A DNA stretch of 37,181 nt, from positions 1-37,181 of the forward strand of contig JBDKVB010000089.1 of the NCBI GenBank assembly GCA_039679385.1. Direction: 5' to 3'. Of this stretch, positions 1-8,362 are shown piece after piece (the first letter of the stretch is position 1; the number at the start of each line of letters is the position of its first letter). Made by a program: the position numbers and the translations under genes. The notes under the pieces were generated by a model that was not told the DNA's origin, did no database searches, and saw only the letters and a list, made by a program, of their open reading frames with translations. This DNA comes from Armatimonadia bacterium. GTDB lineage: Bacteria > Armatimonadota > Zipacnadia > Zipacnadales > JABUFB01.

Positions 1-1076
1 TTCGTCCAGTCGTGCCCGATCTTGTCCGCCAGCGCCTCCTCATCCAGCTCGATCCCCAGACCAGGCTCCGTCGGCAGGTCCAGGTAACCATCGCGGAAGG
101 TGAGAGGCTTCTTCAGGTAGCCCTCGCCGAAAGTCGTGTGCTCCTGCGCCAGGAAGTTCGGGATCGAAGCATCAAGCTGCACACCGGCTGCCAGGGAGAT
201 CGGCCCGAGTGGGCAGTGCGGAGCCACGACCGCGTAGTAAGCTTCGGCCATACCCGCAATCAACCGCGTCTCGAAGATCCCGCCTGCGTGGGACAGATCG
301 GGCTGCAGGACGGCAGCGGCCCGCTTCTCAAGAATCTCGCGGAAGCCCCACTTGGTGAAAATGCGCTCGCCGGTCGCGATGGGGATATGGGTCTTGCGCG
401 CCAGATCGGCCAGGACGTCGACATTCTGGCACTGTACCGGCTCCTCAATGAACATCGGCTGCAGGGGCTCCAGCGCCTTGATGAGCAGCGCCGAGGTCGC
501 CGGCGGAACGGAACCGTGGAAGTCGATGGCGATGTCGATCTCCTTGCCCACGGCCTCGCGGATTGCGGCGATGCGCCCGACGGCACGATCGACGAAGCCC
601 GGCGTCTCAATGACTCGCGCCGGGCGGCCGCCGGCGACTCCGGTCTTGAGGGCCTTGAAGCCCAGCGCAACGGCCTTCCGGGCATTCCCCGCCGCCTCTT
701 CGTCGGTGCCGCCACCGACTGCTTTGTACACCTTCACACGGTCACGCAGTGGGCCGCCGAGGAGCTTGTGGACCGGAAGCCCGGCGGCCTTTCCGGCCAG
801 GTCCCACAGGGCGTGGTCGACGCCTGACAGGGCGCTCGTCAGTACCGGGCCTCCACGGTAGAAGGCATGGCGGTACATTGCCTGCCAGTGATGCACGACC
901 CGCGTCGGGTCCTTGCCAACCAGGTAGGGCTCCAACTCCGCCACCGCCTGCGCTACGGTCAGCGCACGCCCCTCGACAATCGGCTCGCCGAGTCCGACAA
1001 GGCCCTCGTCGGTATGGATCTTCAGGAACAGGAAGCGGGGCTTGACAAGAAAGGTCTCGAGCTTTGTGATCTTCAT
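1..1076 (-). CDS. dgoD: D-galactonate dehydratase-like enolase-superfamily enzyme. C-terminus truncated by the window edge; start at 1076.
   Basis: Reverse-complement translation from the ATG at 1076-1074 gives MKITKLETFLVKPRFLFLKIHTDEGLVGLGEP..., which closely matches the E. coli DgoD N-terminus ([32 protein letters not shown]). A mid-gene segment (RIAAIREAVGKEIDIAIDFHGSVPPATSALLI) matches the DgoD metal-binding region. No stop within the window, so the ORF track omitted it. The reported + ORF 12..827 is its antisense shadow. Confidence 0.85.
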   Translation of the reverse strand, partial: MKITKLETFLVKPRFLFLKIHTDEGLVGLGEPIVEGRALTVAQAVAELEPYLVGKDPTRVVHHWQAMYRHAFYRGGPVLTSALSGVDHALWDLAGKAAGLPVHKLLGGPLRDRVKVYKAVGGGTDEEAAGNARKAVALGFKALKTGVAGGRPARVIETPGFVDRAVGRIAAIREAVGKEIDIAIDFHGSVPPATSALLIKALEPLQPMFIEEPVQCQNVDVLADLARKTHIPIATGERIFTKWGFREILEKRAAAVLQPDLSHAGGIFETRLIAGMAEAYYAVVAPHCPLGPISLAAGVQLDASIPNFLAQEHTTFGEGYLKKPLTFRDGYLDLPTEPGLGIELDEEALADKIGHDWT

Positions 1077-1148
1077 GATTGGTTCTCCCGATTGTGCGAA
1101 GGCACTGTTTTGCGAAGGGGCGTCTCACGGCCGGTAGCCTTCGGCGAG

Positions 1149-2354
1149 TTAGGGTCGGACCATCGTACCGTCCGGAAGCCGCGTCTGGGTCCAGGTGTCC
1201 ACCTTGGGCACGCAGGGGTACTTGGCGGCCAGCTCCTCGTTCACGTCGATCCCCAGGCCGGGCTTGTCATTCGGATACAGGAAGCCCTTGCGCACCTCAG
1301 GCAAGCCAGGGAAGATCTCGTACACAAGCTCCGAGAACCCGCACCACTCCTGGATGCCGAAGTTCGAGCAGGCCAGGTCCAGGTGCAGGTTGCAGGCATG
1401 GCCAATTGGTGAGGTGTCGCCAGGTCCATGCCAGGCGGTCCGGACATTGTGCAGCTCGCCATAGGCCGCGACCTTCCGCGCCGGTGTCAGGCCACCCATC
1501 TGGCTGACGTGCATGCGCAAGAAGTCGATCAGCCGCCCCGACACCAGCGGCATCCACTCACGCGGGTTGTTGAACAGCTCCCCCATCGCGAGCGGCGTTG
1601 CACACTGGTTCCGCACCAGGGCGAAGTACTCGATGTCCTCCGGCGCCAGCAGGTCCTCGAGGAAGAAGAGCTGGTACGGTTCGACGGCCTTCGCCAGGAA
1701 CAGGGCGTCGGCAGGTCGCAGGCGTTCATGGACATCGTGCAGCAACTCGACGTCGAAGCCGACGGCGTTGCGCACGTACTCCAGCATTCTGGGGACGTTA
1801 CGGGCATACTCGCGGTCGTTGAAGTAGGTACCGGGCTGAGCGTTCTCGGGTGTGTGCAGCGACTCCGGCTTGCCGCCGTAGCCGCCCATCTGCACGCGGA
1901 CGTAGTGGTAGCCCTCGGCCATGAAGCGCTGCACACTCTCCAGCACTTCCTCCGGCGTGGCGCCTCCAGCGTGCCGGTAGACGGCCGCTGCCTCCCGGCA
2001 CCTGCCGCCCAGGAGGTCGTAGACCGGCATTCCCGCCCGCTTGCCCTTGATGTCCCACAAGGCCATGTCCAGACCGGAGATGGCGTTGTTGAGGACCGGG
2101 CCATTTCGCCAGTAGGAGTTGACCCAGCAGGTCTGCCAGAGGTCCTCGATGCGGTCGACGTCACGGCCGACCACCAGCGGCTTGAGGTACTCCTCGACCG
2201 CTGTCTTCACGGCCAGCGCACGCTGGGTGAAGGTAGCGCATCCCCAGCCGTAGAGACCGGGCTCGGAAGTGTCCACACGGACCGCGATCAGACGCGAGCC
2301 CGCAGGTTGGGTCATGACGACGCGAAGGTCGGTGATGGTGGTCTTTTCGGCCAT
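1149..2354 (-). CDS. Enolase-superfamily dehydratase, D-mannonate dehydratase (ManD) subgroup-like.
   Basis: 401-aa ORF with ATG at 2354 and GAGG RBS-like sequence upstream. Motifs YGWGCATFTQRA, MALWDIKGKRAGMPVYDLLGG and the length are typical of the ManD-like MR/MLE family. Confidence 0.85.
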   Translation of the reverse strand: MAEKTTITDLRVVMTQPAGSRLIAVRVDTSEPGLYGWGCATFTQRALAVKTAVEEYLKPLVVGRDVDRIEDLWQTCWVNSYWRNGPVLNNAISGLDMALWDIKGKRAGMPVYDLLGGRCREAAAVYRHAGGATPEEVLESVQRFMAEGYHYVRVQMGGYGGKPESLHTPENAQPGTYFNDREYARNVPRMLEYVRNAVGFDVELLHDVHERLRPADALFLAKAVEPYQLFFLEDLLAPEDIEYFALVRNQCATPLAMGELFNNPREWMPLVSGRLIDFLRMHVSQMGGLTPARKVAAYGELHNVRTAWHGPGDTSPIGHACNLHLDLACSNFGIQEWCGFSELVYEIFPGLPEVRKGFLYPNDKPGLGIDVNEELAAKYPCVPKVDTWTQTRLPDGTMVRP

Positions 2355-2409
2355 AGTGATAACCTCGTTTTCGTGAGAGACCTGGGCGAAGGTCGGGCGC
2401 CGGAAGCTC

Positions 2410-3288
2410 TCAGCGCCCCGGGATGTTCCAGCCGTGCTCCGGGATCAGACGGTAGATTGGCTCCCAGCCCAGTATCTCCTTCGCGCGGCGGCAGGAGACG
2501 AGCGCCTCGTCGTGCTCAATCGGCTCGCGCCACTCGGTCACGTATCCATAGTGGGGCTGCGCGATCTCACGGCTGGGCAGGTTCAGCAGGTTCAGGTCGG
2601 AGTTGATGAACAGAGGATGCGCACCCTCGTAGTCGGCTTCGATCCCCTGCACGAAGGCCCGGGCGCTATCGCGGGCATCGATCCAGGTCCAGTAGTTGCG
2701 CACAAAGAACTCCAGGTTGGGCCCCTGGTTGATCATCCTGGCCATCCCGTCCAGTCGCCGCGGGTCGGGCGAGACGACCCAGGTGATTCGCAGCGATACG
2801 CTGCTGATGCCGTCCTTGTGCCAGAAATACTCCCCAATCTCCTCCAGGATCTTCTTTGAGAAGCTGTAGGCGTCGGAGAGCAGAGACGGGTGGTCCTCGT
2901 CAATCGGGAAGTAGCGGACGGGGAGGAGCTCCTTGCCGTACCACTGCCCCAGGGCATTGATGGAGCTGGCGACGCTGATCTTCTTGATGCCCGCTGCGGC
3001 GCAGGCCTCGTAGACGTTGTACGTCCCCTGGCAGTTGTCCTCGAAGGTCTGGCGCGACTTGTCCTTGATCAGAGACGGAATGCCGGCCAGGTGAATGACG
3101 CTGTCGTGTTCGGCAACGGTCTTCGCGAGCGCGTCGTAGTCGAGGCAGTCAAGCACGCGGTATTCGGCGTTGTCGACAGTGCGATCGGGGGTCCTCCCGG
3201 CTGCGGTAACCTGATGTCCGCGGGATACCAACTCCTGCACCACGAAGCGCCCCACCCTCCCCGCACCACCGGTAACAAGCACTTTCAT
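2410..3288 (-). CDS. SDR-family NAD-dependent epimerase/dehydratase, possibly uronate-dehydrogenase-like.
   Basis: Rossmann motif MKVLVTGGAGRVGRFVV at the internal ATG at 3288; the ORF track starts 11 codons upstream at 3321. YSFSK catalytic Tyr-x3-Lys. Adjacent to two sugar-acid dehydratases. Confidence 0.8.
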   Translation of the reverse strand: MKVLVTGGAGRVGRFVVQELVSRGHQVTAAGRTPDRTVDNAEYRVLDCLDYDALAKTVAEHDSVIHLAGIPSLIKDKSRQTFEDNCQGTYNVYEACAAAGIKKISVASSINALGQWYGKELLPVRYFPIDEDHPSLLSDAYSFSKKILEEIGEYFWHKDGISSVSLRITWVVSPDPRRLDGMARMINQGPNLEFFVRNYWTWIDARDSARAFVQGIEADYEGAHPLFINSDLNLLNLPSREIAQPHYGYVTEWREPIEHDEALVSCRRAKEILGWEPIYRLIPEHGWNIPGR

Positions 3289-3336
3289 GAGCCAACCATT
3301 CCTGACGTCGGCCCCGGGCACAGTCCCGGGAGCCTG

Positions 3337-3384
3337 TACAAAGAATCAGACGGCGGCCTGAGCGGATACGCCCAAGGGCCGCCG
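3337..3384 (-). terminator. Putative rho-independent terminator downstream of the flotillin gene.
   Basis: 8-bp GC stem cggcggcc/ggccgccg (3351-3358 / 3377-3384) followed on the minus strand by a U-rich tract (ucugauucuuugu). Confidence 0.4.
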
Positions 3385-3418
3385 CCTGATAATAGTCCAA
3401 TCAGTGACGGGGTTCAAC

Positions 3419-5353
3419 TCATGATTGTGGTGCGGGTCCAGCCTCTTCGTCCTCGGCTGCCGGGGCTGGTGCTGCCGGTGCCGTTTCGACCTTCGGAGCG
3501 GAGAGCGCCTCCTTGAGCTTCGGGAACAAGTCCTCCAGGAGCGCCTTCGCGGTATCGGTTGCGCCCTGGGGAGCAGTCGCCTGCAGCCCATCGGCGAAGG
3601 CCCCAAGTCCCGCTGCCTTCGTGAAGGCGGACATCGCCGATCCCAACATTCCGGGATCGCCGTAGAGGTTCATCTGCGCCTTGCTGAGTGCCTCACCGAA
3701 GGCATGGGCGAAGGCAACTCCGACTTCCTTGTTGGCGCTAATGGCCGCCAGCGCCTGCTCCAGTTGGACGGAGATCTGCTCGTACTCGGCCTTCGCGCTC
3801 AGCTCGTTGCGCAGAACGGTGACGCGTGCGGCCTCGACGTCCTGCACCCGGGTGGCGTCAACGGCGACCTGCTCACGGGTAACGTTCACCGGGACCATCT
3901 GCCGCGCCTGTTCACCGGCGGCGGATAGCGTCGCGGCGTCCTTATCGGCCTCGGCCCTCACGCGCACAGCCTCAGCCAGGCTTGCCGCAGCCTGCTGCTC
4001 GCCTTCCGCGATCTTGGCGGCCTTGTAAGCCTCGATGTCGGCCTCCATCTGCCGCTTGATCTTCTCTTGCTGGGCCTGCTGCTCGGCGCTGATGACCTGG
4101 ACCTGCTTGGCGCGGTCGGCGCCGGCAACTTCGCCGACGGTCGTGACCTGCTGCTCGGCCCTTTCGCGTTCGGCCTGAGCCACGAGCTGCTGCTGCTCTG
4201 CGATGGCCCGGCGCTGTTCGGCTTCGGCCACAGCAATCAACTGCTCGCGCTTGGCCACCTCGACGGCTCGTTCGCGTGACACGTCTGCGGTCTGGATGGC
4301 CTCGTTGCGGCTGATGTCCGCGGTCTTCTGCTCCTGCTCCCTGGAGATGATCGCCTTCTGAGCCTCGACCCGGCTCATGTTGACCTGCAGGTCGCGCTCA
4401 ACACCGGCCTGCTGCACCTGGCGATCCTTATCGATCTCGGCGGTCTCAACCAGCCGCCGCTGCTCGATCTGGTAGGTCTCGGCATCCCGGGTGCGCTCGG
4501 CGCGCACCTTGGTGACCTCTGCCGACTGCGTGGCTTCCGCTTCGGCCTGGGCCTTTTGCAGCTCCAGCACCTGCTTGCGGGTATCGACGTCCTTGGTGGT
4601 GATCTCGCGCTCTGCGTCACGCTCGTAGAGGTTGCGCTCGACGCGAGCCCGGTTGGTGATCTCGGCGATCTTGCGCAGGCCCTGGGCGTCGAACACGTTG
4701 CGATCGTTCAGCCGCTCGGTGTTGGTCTGGTCAAGCCGGGAGATGGTGACGGACTCAAGGGTCAGACCGTTGGACTTGAGGTCTTCGCGCACCAGTTGGG
4801 AGACGGCGCTGGCGAAGTCGTCGCGCTCAGCATGAAGCTGGGCCAGGTCGCGGGTAGCCGCCACCGACCGGAGGGCCGATACCAGCTTCTCGAAGACCAG
4901 ATCCCGGACTGCCACGGGGTCAATCGATCGCCCACCGAGAGAGCGAGAGGCGTTGAGGACGTCGTCGGCGGCCGCCTGGACCTTGATGTAGAACTCGGCG
5001 CGGATATCGCAGCGGAGGTTGTCCTTGGTGATCAGCGCGTCCTCACCGGCGCGCTCGACCTCCAGCTTCATGGTCTCCAGACGTACCTGGACGACCTTGT
5101 GCACCACGGGGATCACAATAGCCCCGCCATCGAGGACAACCCGCCGGCCGCCCATGCCGGTGCGTACGAAAGCCTCGTTGGCGCTGGTTCGTTGGTAGAG
5201 CCTGGCGATAATGGTGAGGATCGCCGAAACGATCAGTACCGCCGCCCCAATCACCATCAGGATAAGACGGCTGATGGGGCTGATCCCCTCCACCATGAAG
5301 GGTCCGACGATCAGCAGCAGGCCGAACAAGACCATTCCGACCGGAAGTGCCAT
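3419..5353 (-). CDS. Flotillin / SPFH (band-7) domain protein, YqiK/FloT-like.
   Basis: 644 aa. N-terminal TM hairpin, then an SPFH domain (VVLDGGAIVIPVVHKVVQVRLETMKLEV...), a long EA-rich coiled coil and an Ala/Pro-rich tail. GGAGGG RBS before the ATG at 5353. Lies downstream of an NfeD-like gene, as in yqiJ-yqiK. Confidence 0.85.
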   Translation of the reverse strand: MALPVGMVLFGLLLIVGPFMVEGISPISRLILMVIGAAVLIVSAILTIIARLYQRTSANEAFVRTGMGGRRVVLDGGAIVIPVVHKVVQVRLETMKLEVERAGEDALITKDNLRCDIRAEFYIKVQAAADDVLNASRSLGGRSIDPVAVRDLVFEKLVSALRSVAATRDLAQLHAERDDFASAVSQLVREDLKSNGLTLESVTISRLDQTNTERLNDRNVFDAQGLRKIAEITNRARVERNLYERDAEREITTKDVDTRKQVLELQKAQAEAEATQSAEVTKVRAERTRDAETYQIEQRRLVETAEIDKDRQVQQAGVERDLQVNMSRVEAQKAIISREQEQKTADISRNEAIQTADVSRERAVEVAKREQLIAVAEAEQRRAIAEQQQLVAQAERERAEQQVTTVGEVAGADRAKQVQVISAEQQAQQEKIKRQMEADIEAYKAAKIAEGEQQAAASLAEAVRVRAEADKDAATLSAAGEQARQMVPVNVTREQVAVDATRVQDVEAARVTVLRNELSAKAEYEQISVQLEQALAAISANKEVGVAFAHAFGEALSKAQMNLYGDPGMLGSAMSAFTKAAGLGAFADGLQATAPQGATDTAKALLEDLFPKLKEALSAPKVETAPAAPAPAAEDEEAGPAPQS

Positions 5354-5520
5354 GACTCATCCCTCCGAGGAGTCAGCGGGACACGCGCTGTGTGCCCGCT
5401 AGCAGCAAGGAACCGAATGCGTGACCGGCAGGACCGACTGTCTTGTGTCCAGACACCAGGGAGCCTGCGCTGCCTCCTCTCCCCCAGTCCCCGACGGTGC
5501 CTGCGCGCGGGTCTTCGTGA

Positions 5521-6336
5521 CTAGACCGGCAACAGCGAGACGTCGTAGTAATCGCCGTCGCGGTGATAGCGGACGAGTACGACCTCCTGATCTTTGGCGA
5601 TGTCTCCGATGACAGGCCGCCCGGCGATGCTATGCCAGTCGCCTGCACCATCCTTCACGTGGACTTCTGCCTTCTGGTCCTCCCGGAGACCGTAGACCGC
5701 GATCCCCACCAATCCCACCAGCTCCTCGGGCAGGATTGCGTAGGTCTCGCTGGTCGGCATCAGGCGAGCAAGTCCCCGAGCCGTCGCACCGGTCAGACTT
5801 AGGCCGACCAGCACTGCAATCCCCAGGGATGGCCAGACGTAGACCACCGGCGCCCACTTGAAGGGCAAGAGATAGCCGAAGACTGTGTTCGCCGCCAGCC
5901 CGGAGACCCCGAAGAGCACCATGAGAGAGGTCACCAGCAGGGATAGCGGGATCTTGCCGAAGCCCAGCACCGTCAGCCCGCGTAGCAGTAGCGAGGTCTC
6001 GTGGTGCTCGACGAAATGCTCGCCGTGGACCTCATGCTCGACCCCGGTCGGAGCTTCATGGCCAGCCACGGCACCGTGGTCGGCGCCCAGATCATGCTCG
6101 GCAGCGACGTCGTGCTCGACGGAGACATCATGGTCTGCCGATATGTCGTGCTCAAGCGTCACGTCGTGCTCCACGGCCAGGTCATGGTCCACGGCGATAT
6201 CATGGTCCACGGCGATATCGTGGCCCAGATCGTGTCCGGTCTCGCCCCCGATTCCCGTGCTGCTCAGGATGAGGTAGATTGCCGCGAGACCAATGGGCGC
6301 AACGAAAATCAGGTTGTACCACTCAAGCAACTGCAC
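5521..6336 (-). CDS. NfeD/YqiJ-like membrane protein with an inserted His-Asp repeat region.
   Basis: GTG start at 6336 with a GGGAGG RBS 5 nt upstream. Has an N-terminal TM helix and central TM helices. The C-terminal beta-rich segment (EVHVKDGAGDWHSIAGRPVIGDIAKDQEVVLVRYHRDGDYYDVSLLP) resembles the NfeD OB-fold. Located immediately upstream of flotillin. Confidence 0.7.
   Translation of the reverse strand: MQLLEWYNLIFVAPIGLAAIYLILSSTGIGGETGHDLGHDIAVDHDIAVDHDLAVEHDVTLEHDISADHDVSVEHDVAAEHDLGADHGAVAGHEAPTGVEHEVHGEHFVEHHETSLLLRGLTVLGFGKIPLSLLVTSLMVLFGVSGLAANTVFGYLLPFKWAPVVYVWPSLGIAVLVGLSLTGATARGLARLMPTSETYAILPEELVGLVGIAVYGLREDQKAEVHVKDGAGDWHSIAGRPVIGDIAKDQEVVLVRYHRDGDYYDVSLLPV
5997..6240. repeat. 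Degenerate 18-bp tandem repeat encoding about nine HD(I/V/L)xx(D/E) hexapeptides plus a His/Glu-rich tail, inside the NfeD-like gene.
   Basis: DNA units such as gatatcatggtccacggc and gtcatggtccacggccag recur in tandem. The protein segment reads GHDLGHDIAVDHDIAVDHDLAVEHDVTLEHDISADHDVSVEHDVAAEHDLGADHG...VEHEVHGEHFVEHHE. Confidence 0.8.
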
Positions 6337-6341
6337 CCCAC

Positions 6342-6947
6342 TTACCTCCCTGTGCCTCCGGTGGCCTGGTCATGATGCAACAGGTCGTCATAGGGCCGTT
6401 CACGCAGGAGGGCCGCAGCCTTGCTGCGAGCCTCTGTCGGCGCCACCTCGTCAGGCTTGAGCGGGGCAGCGACGGTGCGTCCTTCGAGTTGGTCCAGCAG
6501 ATCGAGGGAAGCTGCCTCCGCCCTCGCCTGCATCTCAAGCTCCGTTACAGCCACCTCGTCCGTCGCATCCTGGGCACGAGTCAGCATCCCCCGCAGAGCT
6601 TCCCGTTCGGCATTCAGCGCAGCGAGCCGTTGTGCCTGTCCGAGGCGCTCCAGTCTCTGCTCCGCCTCCACTCGACGGCGCTGGTGATCGAGAATCAGAA
6701 GACGCGCTGCCTGTCGGTCCTCCTGCAGCCGCCGTGCCAACTCGGCGATTGCGCTCTCATCAGTGGCCGGCTCTCCCAGGGCCTCGCGCAGCTCCAGTTC
6801 TCTACGCTCGGCCTGGGCGACCGACAGGGCCACGATCGTCCTCGAGGCGGCCAGTTGCCGTGCAACCTCGGTCGCGGGCTGCGCTGAATCCTCCTCTTCA
6901 CCAAGGAAATCGGTTAGAATGCGTCGCAGCCAGCGTAGAAGACCCAT
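6342..6947 (-). CDS. Hypothetical coiled-coil protein and first gene of the flotillin operon (weak PspA/IM30-like feel only).
   Basis: 201 aa. Its TAA stop at 6342 lies 5 nt from the NfeD-like GTG start, which suggests translational coupling. Arg/Glu/Ala/Leu-rich heptad-like sequence. Single ATG at 6947 without an obvious RBS. Confidence 0.45.
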   Translation of the reverse strand: MGLLRWLRRILTDFLGEEEDSAQPATEVARQLAASRTIVALSVAQAERRELELREALGEPATDESAIAELARRLQEDRQAARLLILDHQRRRVEAEQRLERLGQAQRLAALNAEREALRGMLTRAQDATDEVAVTELEMQARAEAASLDLLDQLEGRTVAAPLKPDEVAPTEARSKAAALLRERPYDDLLHHDQATGGTGR

Positions 6948-7082
6948 CTACGAACCAGGCACCGCTTTCCAGCGAGGGCGAATCTGCAGTCCTTTGGGTC
7001 GGTCCGGGCCGGGTGCAATAGCCCCAGCTTCGCCGTGTAACCTAGACTGCCACCTCACCTAGTTGAGGATTCTTCGCCAACT

Positions 7083-7100
7083 GTGCAGGAGTTCCTGCAC
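7083..7100. promoter_or_regulatory. Perfect 8-2-8 inverted repeat gtgcagga-gt-tcctgcac; candidate operator in the divergent promoter region.
   Basis: Palindrome seen directly, 43 nt upstream of the nucleoside hydrolase ATG, between two divergent transcription units. Confidence 0.35.
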
Positions 7101-7142
7101 CCGCAAGGAAAGAGCTCGCAACTCATCAAGGAGGCATAGGTA

Positions 7143-8027
7143 ATGTCAGACGATCGCATACCCGTACTGCTGGACACCGACCTCGGAGACGATATCGACG
7201 ACGCCTGGGCGCTGTCGGTGTGCATCAACCACCCGCGCATCAACCTGGTGGGCGTTACCACCGTTTGGCGTGACTCAGTGCTGCGTGCCGCGCAGGGCCG
7301 GTTGCTGCTTGAGAAGGCCGGAACCCCCGAAGTGCCGGTGGCAGCCGGTACCCGAGACGCCCTTGACCGCGCCCTGGACTTCCCCCGCAACTGCCAGGCC
7401 GACGTTCTTTCCGCCGAGGACGAGGCGCGGCTTCGCGAAGGCCGCACCGACGCCATCCGGTTCATGGCGGAGATGGCAGAGAGCACTCCGGGGCTCGTTC
7501 TGTTGCCCATCGGGCCGCTCACCAGCGTAGCCCGGTTCATCCTTGAGTTCCCGGAGAGCTTCGCCAAGATCGAGCGCATCGTCATCATGGGCGGCCATAT
7601 CATGCCCGATCGAGCGCAGCCTGAATACAATGTCGTCTGTGACCCTCGCGCCAGCAAGATTGTCTTTGGCTGCGGCAAGCCGATCACGATGATCGGCCTC
7701 GATGTCACGCTCAAGTGCCAGATGGTCCCCAGCGACCTGGAGGCGATCAACGCCAAGGGCACGCCGCTGGCCAAGGCAATCCTGTGCATGACCGAGCTGT
7801 GGCAGGGCGGTCCTGACGGGCAGCGCAAGAAGTCGATGCCGATTGTTCACGACCCGCTGGCTGCCCTTGCCGTGGTCGAGCCGGACATCGTGCAGTGCGA
7901 GAAGCTCAACATCGACATCGACGAGAAGGGCAACTGCGTCGTCGGCAGCGGACCGGCAAACGCGCTGGTGGCCCAGGGCGTTGACCCGGTACGTGTTCGC
8001 GCACGGGTCGTCGAACTGATCGGATAG
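7143..8027 (+). CDS. Inosine-uridine-preferring nucleoside hydrolase family protein.
   Basis: AAGGAGG RBS 8 nt upstream of the ATG. N-terminal DTDLGDDIDDAWAL matches the DxDxxxDD nucleoside hydrolase signature. 294 aa. Confidence 0.9.
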   Translation: MSDDRIPVLLDTDLGDDIDDAWALSVCINHPRINLVGVTTVWRDSVLRAAQGRLLLEKAGTPEVPVAAGTRDALDRALDFPRNCQADVLSAEDEARLREGRTDAIRFMAEMAESTPGLVLLPIGPLTSVARFILEFPESFAKIERIVIMGGHIMPDRAQPEYNVVCDPRASKIVFGCGKPITMIGLDVTLKCQMVPSDLEAINAKGTPLAKAILCMTELWQGGPDGQRKKSMPIVHDPLAALAVVEPDIVQCEKLNIDIDEKGNCVVGSGPANALVAQGVDPVRVRARVVELIG

Positions 8028-8076
8028 GTCGCGGCGAAGGTCTGCGGCCCTAGACAGAAAAGTGGAGCAAGAGGGC

Positions 8077-8105
8077 TTGACAGTCTGCAGGTCACCACGT
8101 ACAAT
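8077..8105 (+). promoter_or_regulatory. Sigma70-type promoter for tRNA-Leu(CAG).
   Basis: TTGACA (8077-8082), 17-nt spacer, TACAAT (8100-8105), about 22 nt upstream of the tRNA 5' end. Confidence 0.6.
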
Positions 8106-8127
8106 ACGCGCACTCTGCAGAACGCCT

Positions 8128-8214
8128 GCCGAGGTGGCGGAATTGGCAGACGCGCTAGGTTCAGGACCTAGTGCCCAATAGGGCATGGGGGTTCAAGTCC
8201 CCCCCTCGGCACCA
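8128..8214 (+). tRNA. tRNA-Leu (anticodon CAG).
   Basis: GCCGAGGTGGCGGAATTGGCAGACGCGCTAGGTTCAGGACCTAG...GGGGGTTCAAGTCCCCCCCTCGGCACCA. Acceptor stem pairs, anticodon loop TTCAGGA, long variable arm, T-loop GTTCAAGTCC, encoded CCA. Confidence 0.9.
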
Positions 8215-8225
8215 AGCACTCACAT

Positions 8226-8252
8226 GAAGCGGCCCTCGCGGCCGCTTTTTTG
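8226..8252 (+). terminator. Rho-independent terminator after tRNA-Leu.
   Basis: Stem gcggcc / ggccgc with a 5-nt loop, followed by TTTTTT. Confidence 0.65.
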
Positions 8253-8362
8253 TTGCCTGCGATCTTGCGGGTTAGGGACCTGCGGGAAGCCGGTGCCTAC
8301 AACGAGTGCGGCCCCGTGGAATCCGGGGCCGCCCTGGGGTTCGTGGATCGGGGATCTTGTGC

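Noticed and set aside
12-827. 271-aa + strand ORF at the window start.
   Set aside because: It is the antisense frame of the DgoD-like gene, whose minus-strand translation matches E. coli DgoD closely. Its own translation is Arg/Gly/Leu-rich with no motifs.
1428-2606. 392-aa + strand ORF.
   Set aside because: Antisense shadow of the ManD-like dehydratase. Typical high-GC open frame with a low-complexity RRRAPRRA tail.
4556-5524. 322-aa + strand ORF.
   Set aside because: Antisense of the flotillin gene, which has clear SPFH and coiled-coil features on the minus strand.
7275-8186. 303-aa minus-strand ORF overlapping the nucleoside hydrolase and tRNA-Leu.
   Set aside because: Overlaps a well-supported + strand CDS and a tRNA gene. 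No motifs.
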